This document shows, piece by piece, positions 1 to 9,457 of a stretch of DNA of 64,000 nt. The DNA lies in contig CAYVAJ010000003.1 of assembly GCA_964448725.1 (NCBI GenBank), forward strand, positions 17,867 through 81,866, read 5' to 3'. The translations under genes and the position numbers were made by a program. Under the pieces are notes generated by a model. That model was not told the DNA's origin and did no database searches. It was given only the letters and a program-made list of their open reading frames with translations. Source of the stretch: an uncultured Gammaproteobacteria bacterium (GTDB taxonomy: Bacteria > Patescibacteriota > Microgenomatia > Levybacterales > GWA1-39-11). Position 1 is the stretch's first letter. The number at the start of each line of letters is the position of its first letter.

Positions 1-28
1 CCATCGGGGTAAACTTCTCGTCCCTTTG

Positions 29-112
29 TGCCCAGGGCGGGACTCGAACCCGCACATCGAAAGCCGATACAGGATTTTAAGTCCTGCGTGTCTACCATTC
101 CACCACCCGGGC
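29..112 (-). tRNA. tRNA-Leu, anticodon UAA, class II with long variable arm
   Basis: Manual cloverleaf on the reverse complement: acceptor GCCCGGG/CCTGGGC, 3-bp D-stem, anticodon arm CAGGA-CTTAAAA-TCCTG, variable hairpin ATCG-GCTTT-CGAT, T-arm GCGGG-TTCGAGT-CCCGC, discriminator A; 84 nt. Confidence 0.85.
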
Positions 113-214
113 GATAACCTCATTATTTTACCTGAAGAGAAGAGTGTATTCAACAAAATACATAAATCACATACTCAATACAGTATACGGAATACCGTAT
201 ACCTAATACTGATC

Positions 215-1189
215 TTAAGGATGATGTGGTGGTTCAACACCGAGAGTGGTAAGAGAGTAGTCCAGTAAATCTTTCATTTCCTGCCGTCTGTTCTCGCTAT
301 TAAGAATAACTCCAATAATTTTATGTCCTCCATACTCAAGATATGTCACAAGACACATACCTGCTTCGTATGTATATCCTGTTTTTACTCCTTTTACTCC
401 TGGGTAGGTAGTGAGCAAATTCGTATCATTAAACAGACGATAGTAGCCATGGTACTTATTCTCAGGCAATTCTTTCTCAACAGTTGCTACAATTTCAGCA
501 AATTCAGGAATATTTAATGCGTATTTGGTTATTACCAACAAATCATATGCAGTAGAATACTGTTCTCCATCTCCTTCAAGTCCGCTTGGATTAGTAAAAC
601 GAGTATCAGAAAGTCCCAGTTGTTCTGCTTTTTTATTCATCAAGAACAAGAAGTTTTCCCGCCCAACAGAACTTGTTTCAGCAAGTACTTCTGCAGCATC
701 ATTTCCTGACGGAAGTATTAATCCATATAATAACTCACGGCGAGTAAATTGCTCTTTTTCAACTAGCCCCATAGAGTTTTCGCCAATTGTTGCAGCACGC
801 TTGCTGATAGTAACCAGCTCATCCAACTGTTCATTTTCTATCACCACAACTGCGGTCATAATTTTAGTGAGTGACGCAAGCGGTAATCGCTTTTTTATGT
901 CTTTTTCATAAAGGAGCTTATCACTTGCAAGGTCATAGGCAAGTACTGATCGTGCTGAAAACTCAGGAATATTTTTTGATGACGAGAGAACAGGTGAAAT
1001 ATGTGGTTTCCAATACTCATGAGTTGCTAATACTTGTTGTGTTTTGTCAGTAAAAATATTAGGAAGCGGGGAAGTGAGACGAAAGGAGCTTGTTTCAATA
1101 ACCTGCGGTTTTAGGAAAATTATCGCAAATATTGCACACCCAAGAATACCTAAGAACACAAAAATTTTCTTTGATCTAATCATAGGCAA
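215..1189 (-). CDS. D-alanyl-D-alanine carboxypeptidase (serine peptidase S11, PBP5/6-like)
   Basis: N-terminal membrane anchor; SxxK (ASLTK), SGN (LPSGNDAA) and KTG (GVKTGYT) motifs. Confidence 0.85.
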   Translation of the reverse strand: MPMIRSKKIFVFLGILGCAIFAIIFLKPQVIETSSFRLTSPLPNIFTDKTQQVLATHEYWKPHISPVLSSSKNIPEFSARSVLAYDLASDKLLYEKDIKKRLPLASLTKIMTAVVVIENEQLDELVTISKRAATIGENSMGLVEKEQFTRRELLYGLILPSGNDAAEVLAETSSVGRENFLFLMNKKAEQLGLSDTRFTNPSGLEGDGEQYSTAYDLLVITKYALNIPEFAEIVATVEKELPENKYHGYYRLFNDTNLLTTYPGVKGVKTGYTYEAGMCLVTYLEYGGHKIIGVILNSENRRQEMKDLLDYSLTTLGVEPPHHP

Positions 1190-1373
1190 CCTTTAGTATA
1201 AAATGAGAAAAAAAATCATGCAAGTTATATTTATAATTTTTTGAATAACTCGGGGTTGACCCATTCGACAAGCTCAGGGTATTATTGGAATGACTCATTC
1301 GGCAGCTCAAGGTACTATTGGTATTGACAAGTAGGAGAAATATATTTATAACTAGTAGGCGCTTATTCACTTT

Positions 1374-1973
1374 TTGCATATGAAACAGACAACATCAAAC
1401 TTTCAAAAACACCAACATAGAAATCCTATTCAAAGATATTTGATTAATAATTTTTATACTGAATTTTTCAAAATTTTACGCAGGACTAAATCTGATAAGA
1501 TTTTGGATGTAGGGTGCGGAGAGGGTATAACACTCAATAGAATCCAGCATTTAAAGTTAGGAAAAAAATTAGAAGGTATTGACTATTCAGATGACGCAAT
1601 CGCAATAGGCAAAAAAATGTTTCCTGATCTTACATTAAAGAAAGCAGATATTTATTCACTCCCATATAAAGATAATGCATTTGATCTCGTACTTTGCAAT
1701 GAAGTACTGGAACACCTAGAACGGCCACAAGATGCATTAAAAGAACTTATTCGAGTAAGTAATAAATACCTTTTACTTTCAGTACCAAATGAACCATGGT
1801 TTCGTCTTGCTAACTTTATCCGCGGTCGCCATGTCACCCGATTTGGTAATCATCCTGAACATGTTCAGAACTGGACTCATACACAATTTACTCAATTGTT
1901 GAAAAAAAACAAATTAAAAATTAAAGATAAAAAACTTCCTTTTGCCTGGACACTTATTCTTGTACAAAAGTAG
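1374..1973 (+). CDS. class I SAM-dependent methyltransferase
   Basis: LDVGCGEG glycine-rich SAM motif; LVLCNEVLEHLERP motif II (Methyltransf_11-like). Confidence 0.7.
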   Translation: MHMKQTTSNFQKHQHRNPIQRYLINNFYTEFFKILRRTKSDKILDVGCGEGITLNRIQHLKLGKKLEGIDYSDDAIAIGKKMFPDLTLKKADIYSLPYKDNAFDLVLCNEVLEHLERPQDALKELIRVSNKYLLLSVPNEPWFRLANFIRGRHVTRFGNHPEHVQNWTHTQFTQLLKKNKLKIKDKKLPFAWTLILVQK

Positions 1974-1990
1974 AATCGTGCATACCAGTT

Positions 1991-2527
1991 CTAATCTACA
2001 TTAAGTGAGCGGATCGAGTCTGCACCATTATCTTCTAAAATAACACGTGCTTCACGTGTACTTCCTTCCCGTACTGGAACAGCAAGTAGCACACCGCCTT
2101 CTTTAACTCGTTCTTCATATACCCTTGCTTCTTCTTCTGGTACTCCTAATCCTACTAGTGCACCAACAAGTCCTCCTGCAAGTGCTCCGGTTGCAGCACC
2201 TGAAACAGTTACCGCAGCTGCTCCCGTCAGGCCAAGAATAGCAGCAAGTGGCCCTCCAATTAAAATCGCTCCTATTCCGGGAATAGTAATTGCTCCGATC
2301 CCCACAAGTAACCCTGCAAGACCACCAAGAACACCTCCTGTTACAGCACCTGATGCAGCTCCTTCCGCAACACTTGCACCAGTATCTTGGGTAACTGTCT
2401 GTGTAGTTTCTCCATCACGCATAACGATTGAAATATCTTTTGCGTCATATCCTTCTGTTTTGAGATCTTCTATTGCGTCTTCTGCTGTATTTTTGTCAGA
2501 GAATACTCCTATTACCATATCAGCCAT
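1991..2527 (-). CDS. general stress protein, YflT/GSP17M-like N-domain with glycine-zipper membrane C-region
   Basis: N-terminus MADMVIGVFSDKNTAEDAIEDLKTEGYDAKDISIV resembles the YflT heat-induced stress domain; C-terminus is a G/A/L-rich repeat; strong GGAGG RBS. Confidence 0.45.
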   Translation of the reverse strand: MADMVIGVFSDKNTAEDAIEDLKTEGYDAKDISIVMRDGETTQTVTQDTGASVAEGAASGAVTGGVLGGLAGLLVGIGAITIPGIGAILIGGPLAAILGLTGAAAVTVSGAATGALAGGLVGALVGLGVPEEEARVYEERVKEGGVLLAVPVREGSTREARVILEDNGADSIRSLNVD

Positions 2528-2763
2528 ATAAAATTCACCTCCTTCACCCTGATTTAATCGGGGCTTGTTTTCTCAATATTCTGTTCTGCAGAAAAAATTT
2601 AAAGGCTCGGGTAGGAACAAGAAAAACCTGCCTCTCACGCATGTGAGTTATTATCATTTATCCTGATTCCTACTCAAGCCCTATTATTTCCATGATACTT
2701 TTTCATCATCAAAATAAAACAAATAAATCGTAAGAGAAGAGTAATGACTGCTTTGCCCATAAA

Positions 2764-2806
2764 AAACACCAGATGTGTGATAAGTACATCTGGTGTTGAT
2801 TTTAGG
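2764..2806 (-). terminator. rho-independent terminator of the 2810..3010 gene
   Basis: 10-bp stem CACCAGATGT/ACATCTGGTG; on the minus strand the hairpin is followed by TTTTTTATGGG, on the plus strand by TTGATTTT. Confidence 0.6.
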
Positions 2807-2809
2807 ATT

Positions 2810-3010
2810 TTATTTTCTTTTTAATACCGGCAACCCGGTTTTTTGACTCTCAACAACGGTAAATCCTTCAGGAACCGTATCAATGGCTTCAGGTCGTTTA
2901 TCAGGCGCGAAATAGAATATCCGTTGTTTACGATCACCTCCACGGAGTTTTACTTCTTTTGAGTGTAAAAAGTATTCTTGTCCTCGAGAATTTGTATATG
3001 CATATGCCAT
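2810..3010 (-). CDS. small conserved hypothetical protein (66 aa), monocistronic
   Basis: Strong RBS AAGGAGGTG 7 nt before ATG; own terminator; no recognised domain. Confidence 0.5.
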   Translation of the reverse strand: MAYAYTNSRGQEYFLHSKEVKLRGGDRKQRIFYFAPDKRPEAIDTVPEGFTVVESQKTGLPVLKRK

Positions 3011-3274
3011 AGTAATTCACCTCCTTATTTTCCCGACATTGGCGGGATATATTTGATATTTCTCATATACTGCTAATATAGCTAACTCCATTATTAATAA
3101 TTTCTATGATAAGAAGGTACTCCTTTGCTACAAGATTATATATCTTGAAAGATAATACTAAATTGCTCCCTTTAGAAGTCCACTAAAAACCGGTAAGGAA
3201 CCTGCAAGAAACAAAGACAAAATAGGTACATACTAGTGTTGAGATTGTAAGAAGTTCTTGTTATAATCGGGTAC

Positions 3275-3946
3275 ATGACAAACACGGTTCTATTAGTTGA
3301 AGATGATGCTGGATTGCAAAGCTATCTCAAAGAATTATTGCTTGACAGTGGATTTTCTGTACAAATAGCATCAGACGGTATTCAAGCTCTCAATACTCTC
3401 AAAAAAATCGAACCTGATATTATTATCCTTGATCTCGGGTTGCCAAATATGAGCGGGGAGACAGTATGCAGGGAAGTCCGCAAAAAATATCCAGATCTTC
3501 CTATCATTATTCTAACTGCTAAAGATTCAACTTCTGATATTGTCCAAGGACTTGATTTAGGCGCTGATGACTATATGACAAAACCATTTGTGGCTGATGA
3601 ATTATTAGCACGTATAAAAGTACGATTACGAAAGCAGGGTAGTGGTGATACAAAATTGAAAGTACTTGATCTCGAACTTGATACAAACACACTGGATGTA
3701 CTACGCAATGGAAAACAAATCCAACTTACCCCAAAAGAATTTAAGCTTCTTGAATACTTAATGCGGAATAAAGGACGAATATTGACTCGTGAGATGATTT
3801 TAAACAGAATCTGGCTGTACTCTCCTGATATAGAAACACGAGTAGTTGATGTGTATATGGGATATCTTCGTAAAAAGATTGATAGTGATCACAAGAAAAA
3901 GCTTATCCAGTCAGTCCGCGGGTTTGGTTACATGATTAAAGAGTAA
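3275..3946 (+). CDS. two-component response regulator, OmpR/PhoB family
   Basis: Receiver motifs (LLVEDD, DLGLPNMSG, KPF) plus C-terminal winged-helix (LTPKEFKLLEYLMRNKGRILTRE...GYLRKKID...GFGYMI). Confidence 0.9.
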   Translation: MTNTVLLVEDDAGLQSYLKELLLDSGFSVQIASDGIQALNTLKKIEPDIIILDLGLPNMSGETVCREVRKKYPDLPIIILTAKDSTSDIVQGLDLGADDYMTKPFVADELLARIKVRLRKQGSGDTKLKVLDLELDTNTLDVLRNGKQIQLTPKEFKLLEYLMRNKGRILTREMILNRIWLYSPDIETRVVDVYMGYLRKKIDSDHKKKLIQSVRGFGYMIKE

Positions 3947-3948
3947 GA

Positions 3949-4995
3949 CTATTTTTGTAACTGTAATAATTTTATTACATCCACTTTGTGCTGTCTCATT
4001 TTTCCACGAAAGAATCTTACTGTTTGGGTATCAAGTACTGTATTTTCAGCAACTATTGCATTTGCTGGACGGACTTTCCATACATCATGAACAAAGTGCT
4101 TTAAGAGGGCTTTTTCACCTTCTACACGTGCCTCAGGATTTTCAGCAAGCGTTTCTTCAGTAACTTGAAGTAAATAATCGGGTAGAGAACCTTGTGCTTG
4201 TGATTCAATAATTGCCGTATTTATTAATGCATTTAACCTATCAATAGCATATGAATTTCCCATAGATCTTCTGACATCAACTACTTGTCCTTCCTTAATC
4301 TCTGTATCCCATGATGACCCAATTTCTTGTAGTGTTTGCTGAATTTCTTGCGGATTAATAGTATCTTCCCATATTTTATCCCTAAATTGACGGGCACGTT
4401 CTTGTACTTCATCATTTCTGACAAGAGCGTGACAAAAATGATTCGGCTTATCTCCTAGATATTTGACTGCAGCAGTACCAAGATTCAGTGGTTTTGCCAC
4501 AGCTACTGATTCTACGATAACTAGCCGTATTTTTGAAGGATCATGATCAACCTCACTGTCCTGTTGCATATATCCCTCGCCATTTAATGCTGCAACAGCA
4601 TCACGCATGAGAATTGATGCAATAGTAAATTCACGTGGTGAATATTTCCCCCATTCTGATTGCAACCAGCCTAATTCATCTGCAGCTTCCATCACTCCTC
4701 CGAGTGATATATGAGCAATATCCAGTTCTTTTCCTGATTCATGTAAGTATTTTTGAAATTTTTTGTTCGCCTCTAATTTTGTGACAAATTGGCCAATTGC
4801 TGTTTCCTTCCCAGCACCAGATGCACCAACAAATGAGACATTTGTTACACTATCTGGATGGTTAATCATATAATCACGAATACGAGGGAATAGTTGCCGT
4901 GATCCTTCTAACCGATCATATACTGCAGTATCTTCCTTTCGCATATGTTGATATGCTTCTTGTGATTGATACATGTTTCCCTCTGATGACATCAT
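3949..4995 (-). CDS. hypothetical protein with P-loop-like motif, co-transcribed with the histidine kinase
   Basis: VGASGAGKET glycine-rich motif lacks the canonical S/T directly after Lys; start lies 2 nt after the kinase stop; no family recognised. Confidence 0.4.
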   Translation of the reverse strand: MMSSEGNMYQSQEAYQHMRKEDTAVYDRLEGSRQLFPRIRDYMINHPDSVTNVSFVGASGAGKETAIGQFVTKLEANKKFQKYLHESGKELDIAHISLGGVMEAADELGWLQSEWGKYSPREFTIASILMRDAVAALNGEGYMQQDSEVDHDPSKIRLVIVESVAVAKPLNLGTAAVKYLGDKPNHFCHALVRNDEVQERARQFRDKIWEDTINPQEIQQTLQEIGSSWDTEIKEGQVVDVRRSMGNSYAIDRLNALINTAIIESQAQGSLPDYLLQVTEETLAENPEARVEGEKALLKHFVHDVWKVRPANAIVAENTVLDTQTVRFFRGKMRQHKVDVIKLLQLQK

Positions 4996-4996
4996 A

Positions 4997-6166
4997 CTAT
5001 TTTTTAGGAATCGGAAGCTTTATTAAAACATTTGTGCCTTTATTCTTTTTTGAGGATATTTTGATTGTGCCATGATGTTTATCTACGATACTTTTTGCTA
5101 AATATAATCCAACTCCAATTCCTTCTTTATGTATTTCTCCCTTATAAAAACTTTCAAATATTTTCTTAAGACTCTCCTGTGTAATACCTGAACCCTTATC
5201 TTTAATACTGATATAGTAATAATAATTTTTTTCTTTCACTTCAAATGAAATAACAGATTCTGGGGAGGAAAATTTAGCAGCATTATCAAGTATGCTTATA
5301 AGCATGAGAATTAATTTTTCTTTATCTCCAATAATATGTATAAATCCATTAGAAAGATTGTTCGTGAATGAAACTACTCGCTGAGGATATTGCAAGCGAA
5401 ATCTTCGGAGAGAATCATTAATAATATCAATTATATTTGATTCGACCCAAAAGTATTGAACTTGTCCTGAGCGAATTCTATTAACTTCAAGTATCTCTTT
5501 CACTAAATTTATGAGCCGTATATTTTCGCTATATAATTTTTTAACCCAACCTGACTCGATTGAATCGTTATTTTTGTGCAGATTATAGAGCATTTGTGCA
5601 TAGCCATTAATTACAGTTAAGGGTGTTCGCAGCTCATGTGATGCAAGTGACATAAAAGAATCACGAAGATCCAAAGCAGATTTCATCTCACTGTATAACT
5701 GTGTTTTTCTAATTGCAAGACTTGCCATTGAACCAAATAATTTTAAAATTTCTAATTCTTTTTGAGAGAAATCAATATTGGCTCGTGAACGGATAATTAA
5801 TACACCAATGGATTTATTTTTATATGATAGGGGGAGAAAAATGGAAGACTTTACTCCAGACTCTACAATATCTGGATGAACTTTCTCAAATTCTTTTCGG
5901 GTGATCACAAATGCTTTCTTCTCTTTATAAGATGTGTAGGTAAACCCATTACTTCTTACTCTTACTGCACTTGCATCTTGTGATGAACCGTATACATTCT
6001 TGAGCTTACTTTTTTCTTTAAGAACGATAAGACCGTCTTCTCCATTAACTAAATTTATCGCCTCGCCGACAATTGTCTCATATGTTTTCATAGGAGAAAG
6101 TGGATCAAGGAATTTTAAACTGGATTTATATACACGTTCTATGGTATTTTCCATTTCCAGTTCCAA
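4997..6166 (-). CDS. cytoplasmic sensor histidine kinase (GAF-like N-domain, HisKA, HATPase_c)
   Basis: H-box ASHELRTPLT; G-boxes DKGSGI and GIGVGLYLAKSIV; no TM segment. Confidence 0.85.
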   Translation of the reverse strand: MELEMENTIERVYKSSLKFLDPLSPMKTYETIVGEAINLVNGEDGLIVLKEKSKLKNVYGSSQDASAVRVRSNGFTYTSYKEKKAFVITRKEFEKVHPDIVESGVKSSIFLPLSYKNKSIGVLIIRSRANIDFSQKELEILKLFGSMASLAIRKTQLYSEMKSALDLRDSFMSLASHELRTPLTVINGYAQMLYNLHKNNDSIESGWVKKLYSENIRLINLVKEILEVNRIRSGQVQYFWVESNIIDIINDSLRRFRLQYPQRVVSFTNNLSNGFIHIIGDKEKLILMLISILDNAAKFSSPESVISFEVKEKNYYYYISIKDKGSGITQESLKKIFESFYKGEIHKEGIGVGLYLAKSIVDKHHGTIKISSKKNKGTNVLIKLPIPKK

Positions 6167-6334
6167 ATCTTACCAAAAATATTGTATTTAGTAAATAATA
6201 ATCAGGCATAATCTTGCATATTCTTAATCGATTCTTACAAATTCCACATTCTCTGTTAACCAGCAAGCATTAGTATCAGTATTAGTTGCAAGGATAAAAC
6301 TGAAAGAAAATATACAGTAATTTTTTAAAGGGAG

Positions 6335-6592
6335 GTGATATATATGGGTATATTATTATGGATTCTATTTGGAGCAATAGCTGGATGGGTAGCATCACTT
6401 ATCATGGGAAGCAATGCACGACAAGGAATTGTCGGAGACATATTACTTGGAATTGTAGGTGCCGTTATCGGAGGTTTCCTTATGAACCTTCTCGGTGCTC
6501 CAGGTGTAACTGGATTTAACGCATACAGTATCATTATTGCAATCGTAGGTGCGATTGCATTGATAGCAATCGGTCGAGCTGTATACCGATAA
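6335..6592 (+). CDS. GlsB/YeaQ/YmgE family stress-response membrane protein
   Basis: ILLWILFGAIAGWVASLIMG...GIVGDILLGIVGAVIGGFL is the typical family signature; GGAGGTG RBS. Confidence 0.8.
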   Translation: MIYMGILLWILFGAIAGWVASLIMGSNARQGIVGDILLGIVGAVIGGFLMNLLGAPGVTGFNAYSIIIAIVGAIALIAIGRAVYR

Positions 6593-6610
6593 ATACAGTA
6601 TATACACAAA

Positions 6611-6638
6611 AAACAGCCCTTGCAAAAGGGCTGTTTTG
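6611..6638. terminator. bidirectional rho-independent terminator
   Basis: AAAAAACAGCCCTT-GCAA-AAGGGCTGTTTTG: 9-bp GC-rich stem with A-run upstream and T-run downstream, between convergent genes. Confidence 0.8.
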
Positions 6639-6649
6639 TAGTTCTCACA

Positions 6650-6931
6650 TTACCTTACTCGTTGTTCCGGAGATTCGATTTTTGCTCGCGCTTTTTTTGC
6701 CTCATCTTTTACCTGCTCTGCAGGGTCCTTGGGATTATTTTGTCCAGTAGACATTTTTTCTTCAGTCCACTGTTTGGCATTACCCAACGATTTCTTTACC
6801 TTTTCTCTATTATTCTTATCACTCATGGCAATTCCTATGGCAGTCCCTGCTGCTCCTATTACAGCACCTGCAATCATCGCTTTTGCTGTTGTTGATTTTG
6901 TATTTCTTCTTCCAATTTGTATCATGATCAT
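6650..6931 (-). CDS. YtxH-like small membrane/stress protein
   Basis: Start chosen at the ATG 6 nt after GGAGGTG; glycine-zipper segment AMIAGAVIGAAGTAIGIAM followed by a K/E-rich coil. Confidence 0.4.
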   Translation of the reverse strand: MIMIQIGRRNTKSTTAKAMIAGAVIGAAGTAIGIAMSDKNNREKVKKSLGNAKQWTEEKMSTGQNNPKDPAEQVKDEAKKARAKIESPEQRVR

Positions 6932-7095
6932 ATTCACCTCCTTGCCTGCAACACCGTGCAAATTATTCTCGTGTGACAGTCGAGCGTTGCTTATCTACAC
7001 AGATATGCTAGCTTTTCAAGATAAAGTCTTAAAAAAGAATAGGTAAGAAATAAGAAAGATTGAGCACATGAAGAGAATCGAGTGAAAATGGACCG

Positions 7096-7383
7096 TTAAT
7101 TTGGAAAGCTTTCTTTTACCATTCGGTACCATTGATACATATCCTCATTATCAGTGGTGTCCATATATGCATATAATTCTTGGTATTCATCAAAACACCG
7201 TTGAGCCGCAGTATTTATCATCATTGAGAGTAACTCAAACTCAAAAGTTTCTCGGATATTTTCAAAGAGAGTAGTAAACAGAAGCTGCTTTTCATTACTT
7301 TCCTCAATCCACATAAGTAAAAGTAGATGTCCAATATGTGGCGTAACACGATGTGGAGCAGATTTAAATGTTGCTTGAATCAT
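7096..7383 (-). CDS. hypothetical protein (95 aa)
   Basis: ORF adjacent (1-nt gap) to the upstream membrane ORF; no recognised domain. Confidence 0.3.
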   Translation of the reverse strand: MIQATFKSAPHRVTPHIGHLLLLMWIEESNEKQLLFTTLFENIRETFEFELLSMMINTAAQRCFDEYQELYAYMDTTDNEDMYQWYRMVKESFPN

Positions 7384-7384
7384 A

Positions 7385-7642
7385 TTATATGTTCGATACT
7401 TCGGGTACTTTATAGGTTAAAAACAAATGCACTATTCCACCAAATCCAATGAACATAAAAAGATATTTTAAGCCGGGAATTCCAATACCATATAGAAGAA
7501 TAATTATAAAACCGAGTGTTACACCAATCCCTAATTTCATGAGTGACATATAAATATCACTGCGACTTTTAGTTCGGGGATCAAGAGAGTTGAAGACTAA
7601 AAGTATTAGAGAGATGAACATACTAAATGCAATCATTGTCAT
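7385..7642 (-). CDS. hypothetical small membrane protein (85 aa, 2-3 TM)
   Basis: Hydrophobic segments; forms a pair with 7096..7383. Confidence 0.3.
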   Translation of the reverse strand: MTMIAFSMFISLILLVFNSLDPRTKSRSDIYMSLMKLGIGVTLGFIIILLYGIGIPGLKYLFMFIGFGGIVHLFLTYKVPEVSNI

Positions 7643-7788
7643 GCATTTATAGTACTTTTTCCGAATAAGAATGAACGCAAGGATGTGTAAGAATAGTGCA
7701 ATTCTGCAGAGCAGAATTCGTAGGTTAAAAGGCTGTGTAATGAAAACAAATAGAATGCCGTTATATACAGAATAATCTGCTTTGAAGA

Positions 7789-8259
7789 TTATTTCCGGAC
7801 AAGTTTGGAGGTTGAAACAATCTCTAGAATCTGACCATCTTCACGTTCAATAACATTGCTTCCTGATACTCGTTGGAATTCTTGTAGAAGATCAGAAAGC
7901 GTTGCTTGTGTTTCTTTCATTTCTTCTTTAAGCGCCTTCATTTTTTCAGCAATTCTAATAACATCAGGCCGCTTCATAATTTGCTGTTTTGTAGCAGATT
8001 TAACATTGTTTGCTTCCTTTGCTGTCTCAAGATGCTGTCTGTATGTCTGGTCATTTTCCAGGACATTATCGACCATTTCTTTTTGTTCTTTATATTGTTT
8101 CTGAAGAGTATCTATTGTAGTAAGATTACTTTTTATGAGATTTTCAAGGCTTAGGTATACAGTACTCTGATCAGTACTTTCAGTTACTGCATCATCAGTC
8201 GTAACAGTTACTGTTTCTGATTCTACTGCAAGAATTGTTGAGTCAGATTTTTCGTCCAT
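7789..8259 (-). CDS. hypothetical acidic coiled-coil protein
   Basis: D/E/T-rich N-terminus, heptad-like K/E-rich core; no domain recognised. Confidence 0.35.
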   Translation of the reverse strand: MDEKSDSTILAVESETVTVTTDDAVTESTDQSTVYLSLENLIKSNLTTIDTLQKQYKEQKEMVDNVLENDQTYRQHLETAKEANNVKSATKQQIMKRPDVIRIAEKMKALKEEMKETQATLSDLLQEFQRVSGSNVIEREDGQILEIVSTSKLVRK

Positions 8260-8359
8260 CGGTATCCACTATACTCAAATTAACTAAAAAAAATCAAGTA
8301 GTAAAAGTAACTTCAATACAATAAATGATTTGTTATATTGCAAAAAAGTAATTATAATA

Positions 8360-8731
8360 ATGAACGAAATGGTACACAATAACAGATATGGAGGAGTAAT
8401 ATGGACTAATCACGCATTAGAACGACTTACTCAACGAAATTTAGCACAGAACATGGCATTTAGTGCTTTTTCTTCCCCAGACCGTACTGTTCCTGGTAAA
8501 AAATCACATACAACTGAATTTCAAAAAAAAATTAAGAAATATTTTGTAACAGTTATTGCAACGAAAAATGATCAAAATGAATGGGTGGTGTTATCCTGTT
8601 GGGTAGATCCGCCTATGCCAGGATCAATTGATATAGCAAAAAAGAAAGCGTACCGGGAATATCAAAATGCTTCTATTTGGAAGAAATTATGGCTTACTGT
8701 AAAGGCGCAGCTTGGTTTAAGTAAGGTCTGA
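8360..8731 (+). CDS. hypothetical protein, possible DUF4258-like (toxin-like) N-domain
   Basis: IWTNHALERLTQR resembles the WTxHAxxRxxxR signature recalled for DUF4258; ORF opens at a TTG at 8330, the first ATG is 8360. Confidence 0.3.
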   Translation: MNEMVHNNRYGGVIWTNHALERLTQRNLAQNMAFSAFSSPDRTVPGKKSHTTEFQKKIKKYFVTVIATKNDQNEWVVLSCWVDPPMPGSIDIAKKKAYREYQNASIWKKLWLTVKAQLGLSKV

Positions 8732-9413
8732 ATTCTTGAATGTCTGCATTTGCGCGTAATTCTGTAATCAATTTCTGGTATTGTTCTCCTAATTTTTGCT
8801 GTGATAACTGTTGTTTTACCATTTCACGTAATTGCTTTTCATCCTGATCTGGAGGCAATAGGTCTTTATTCTGCTCAATATAATTGTTAATCTCTTCTTC
8901 ACTTACCTCTGTTGTACCAATCATTTTTTCGACTGATTTCTGTATTTGATAATTCTCTCGTAATCCTTCCCGAGTCATACCAAGTAAAGCAAGTTGACTA
9001 TCGAGAGATTGACCTGACTGTTTTAAAGCTTCTTCTGTCTTTTTCATTTCTTGATTAATTTCTTCTTCTGAAACTGTAATTCCTCTTTTTTCTGCTTCCT
9101 GCAGCAAGAGTGACTTATCAATCATAATGTTTACAACTTCTGCAACTTCATTTCTTTTTACTTTTTCAAGCTCGTCTAAAACCGCAAAAGTAGTAAGCGG
9201 TTTGCCATTTACTTTTGCAAATAAATATTTATCTTGGAAAAAATAGAGGAGCAGAGCAACACCAATAATAATTAATACAATCGTAATTTTCACTGGATTT
9301 ATTGCTGGAAAACGTGTTTTTATTGATGATACCCGAGAGAAAAATAAAGGAGACGGTTTAATGTCTGTTTTTTTCGTAGTTTTCTTAGTGGTTTTTTTAG
9401 TGCTTGTTGCCAT
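8694..9413 (-). CDS. SurA N-terminal-domain-like periplasmic chaperone (no PPIase domain)
   Basis: K/T-rich N-terminus, TM anchor, SurA_N-like helical domain (FAKVNGKPLT...). Confidence 0.5.
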   Translation of the reverse strand: MATSTKKTTKKTTKKTDIKPSPLFFSRVSSIKTRFPAINPVKITIVLIIIGVALLLYFFQDKYLFAKVNGKPLTTFAVLDELEKVKRNEVAEVVNIMIDKSLLLQEAEKRGITVSEEEINQEMKKTEEALKQSGQSLDSQLALLGMTREGLRENYQIQKSVEKMIGTTEVSEEEINNYIEQNKDLLPPDQDEKQLREMVKQQLSQQKLGEQYQKLITELRANADIQEFRPYLNQAAPLQ

Positions 9414-9457
9414 TACCCGATATTATATCAAAAACAATTCAATTGCAATATATTAAT

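Noticed and set aside
26-268. 80-aa plus-strand ORF at the window start
   Set aside because: It is entirely overlapped by the minus-strand tRNA-Leu (29..112) and the downstream non-coding region. It is a six-frame artefact.
6325-6648. 107-aa minus-strand ORF opposite glsB
   Set aside because: glsB has a family-typical sequence and RBS. The antisense ORF is proline-rich mirror noise.
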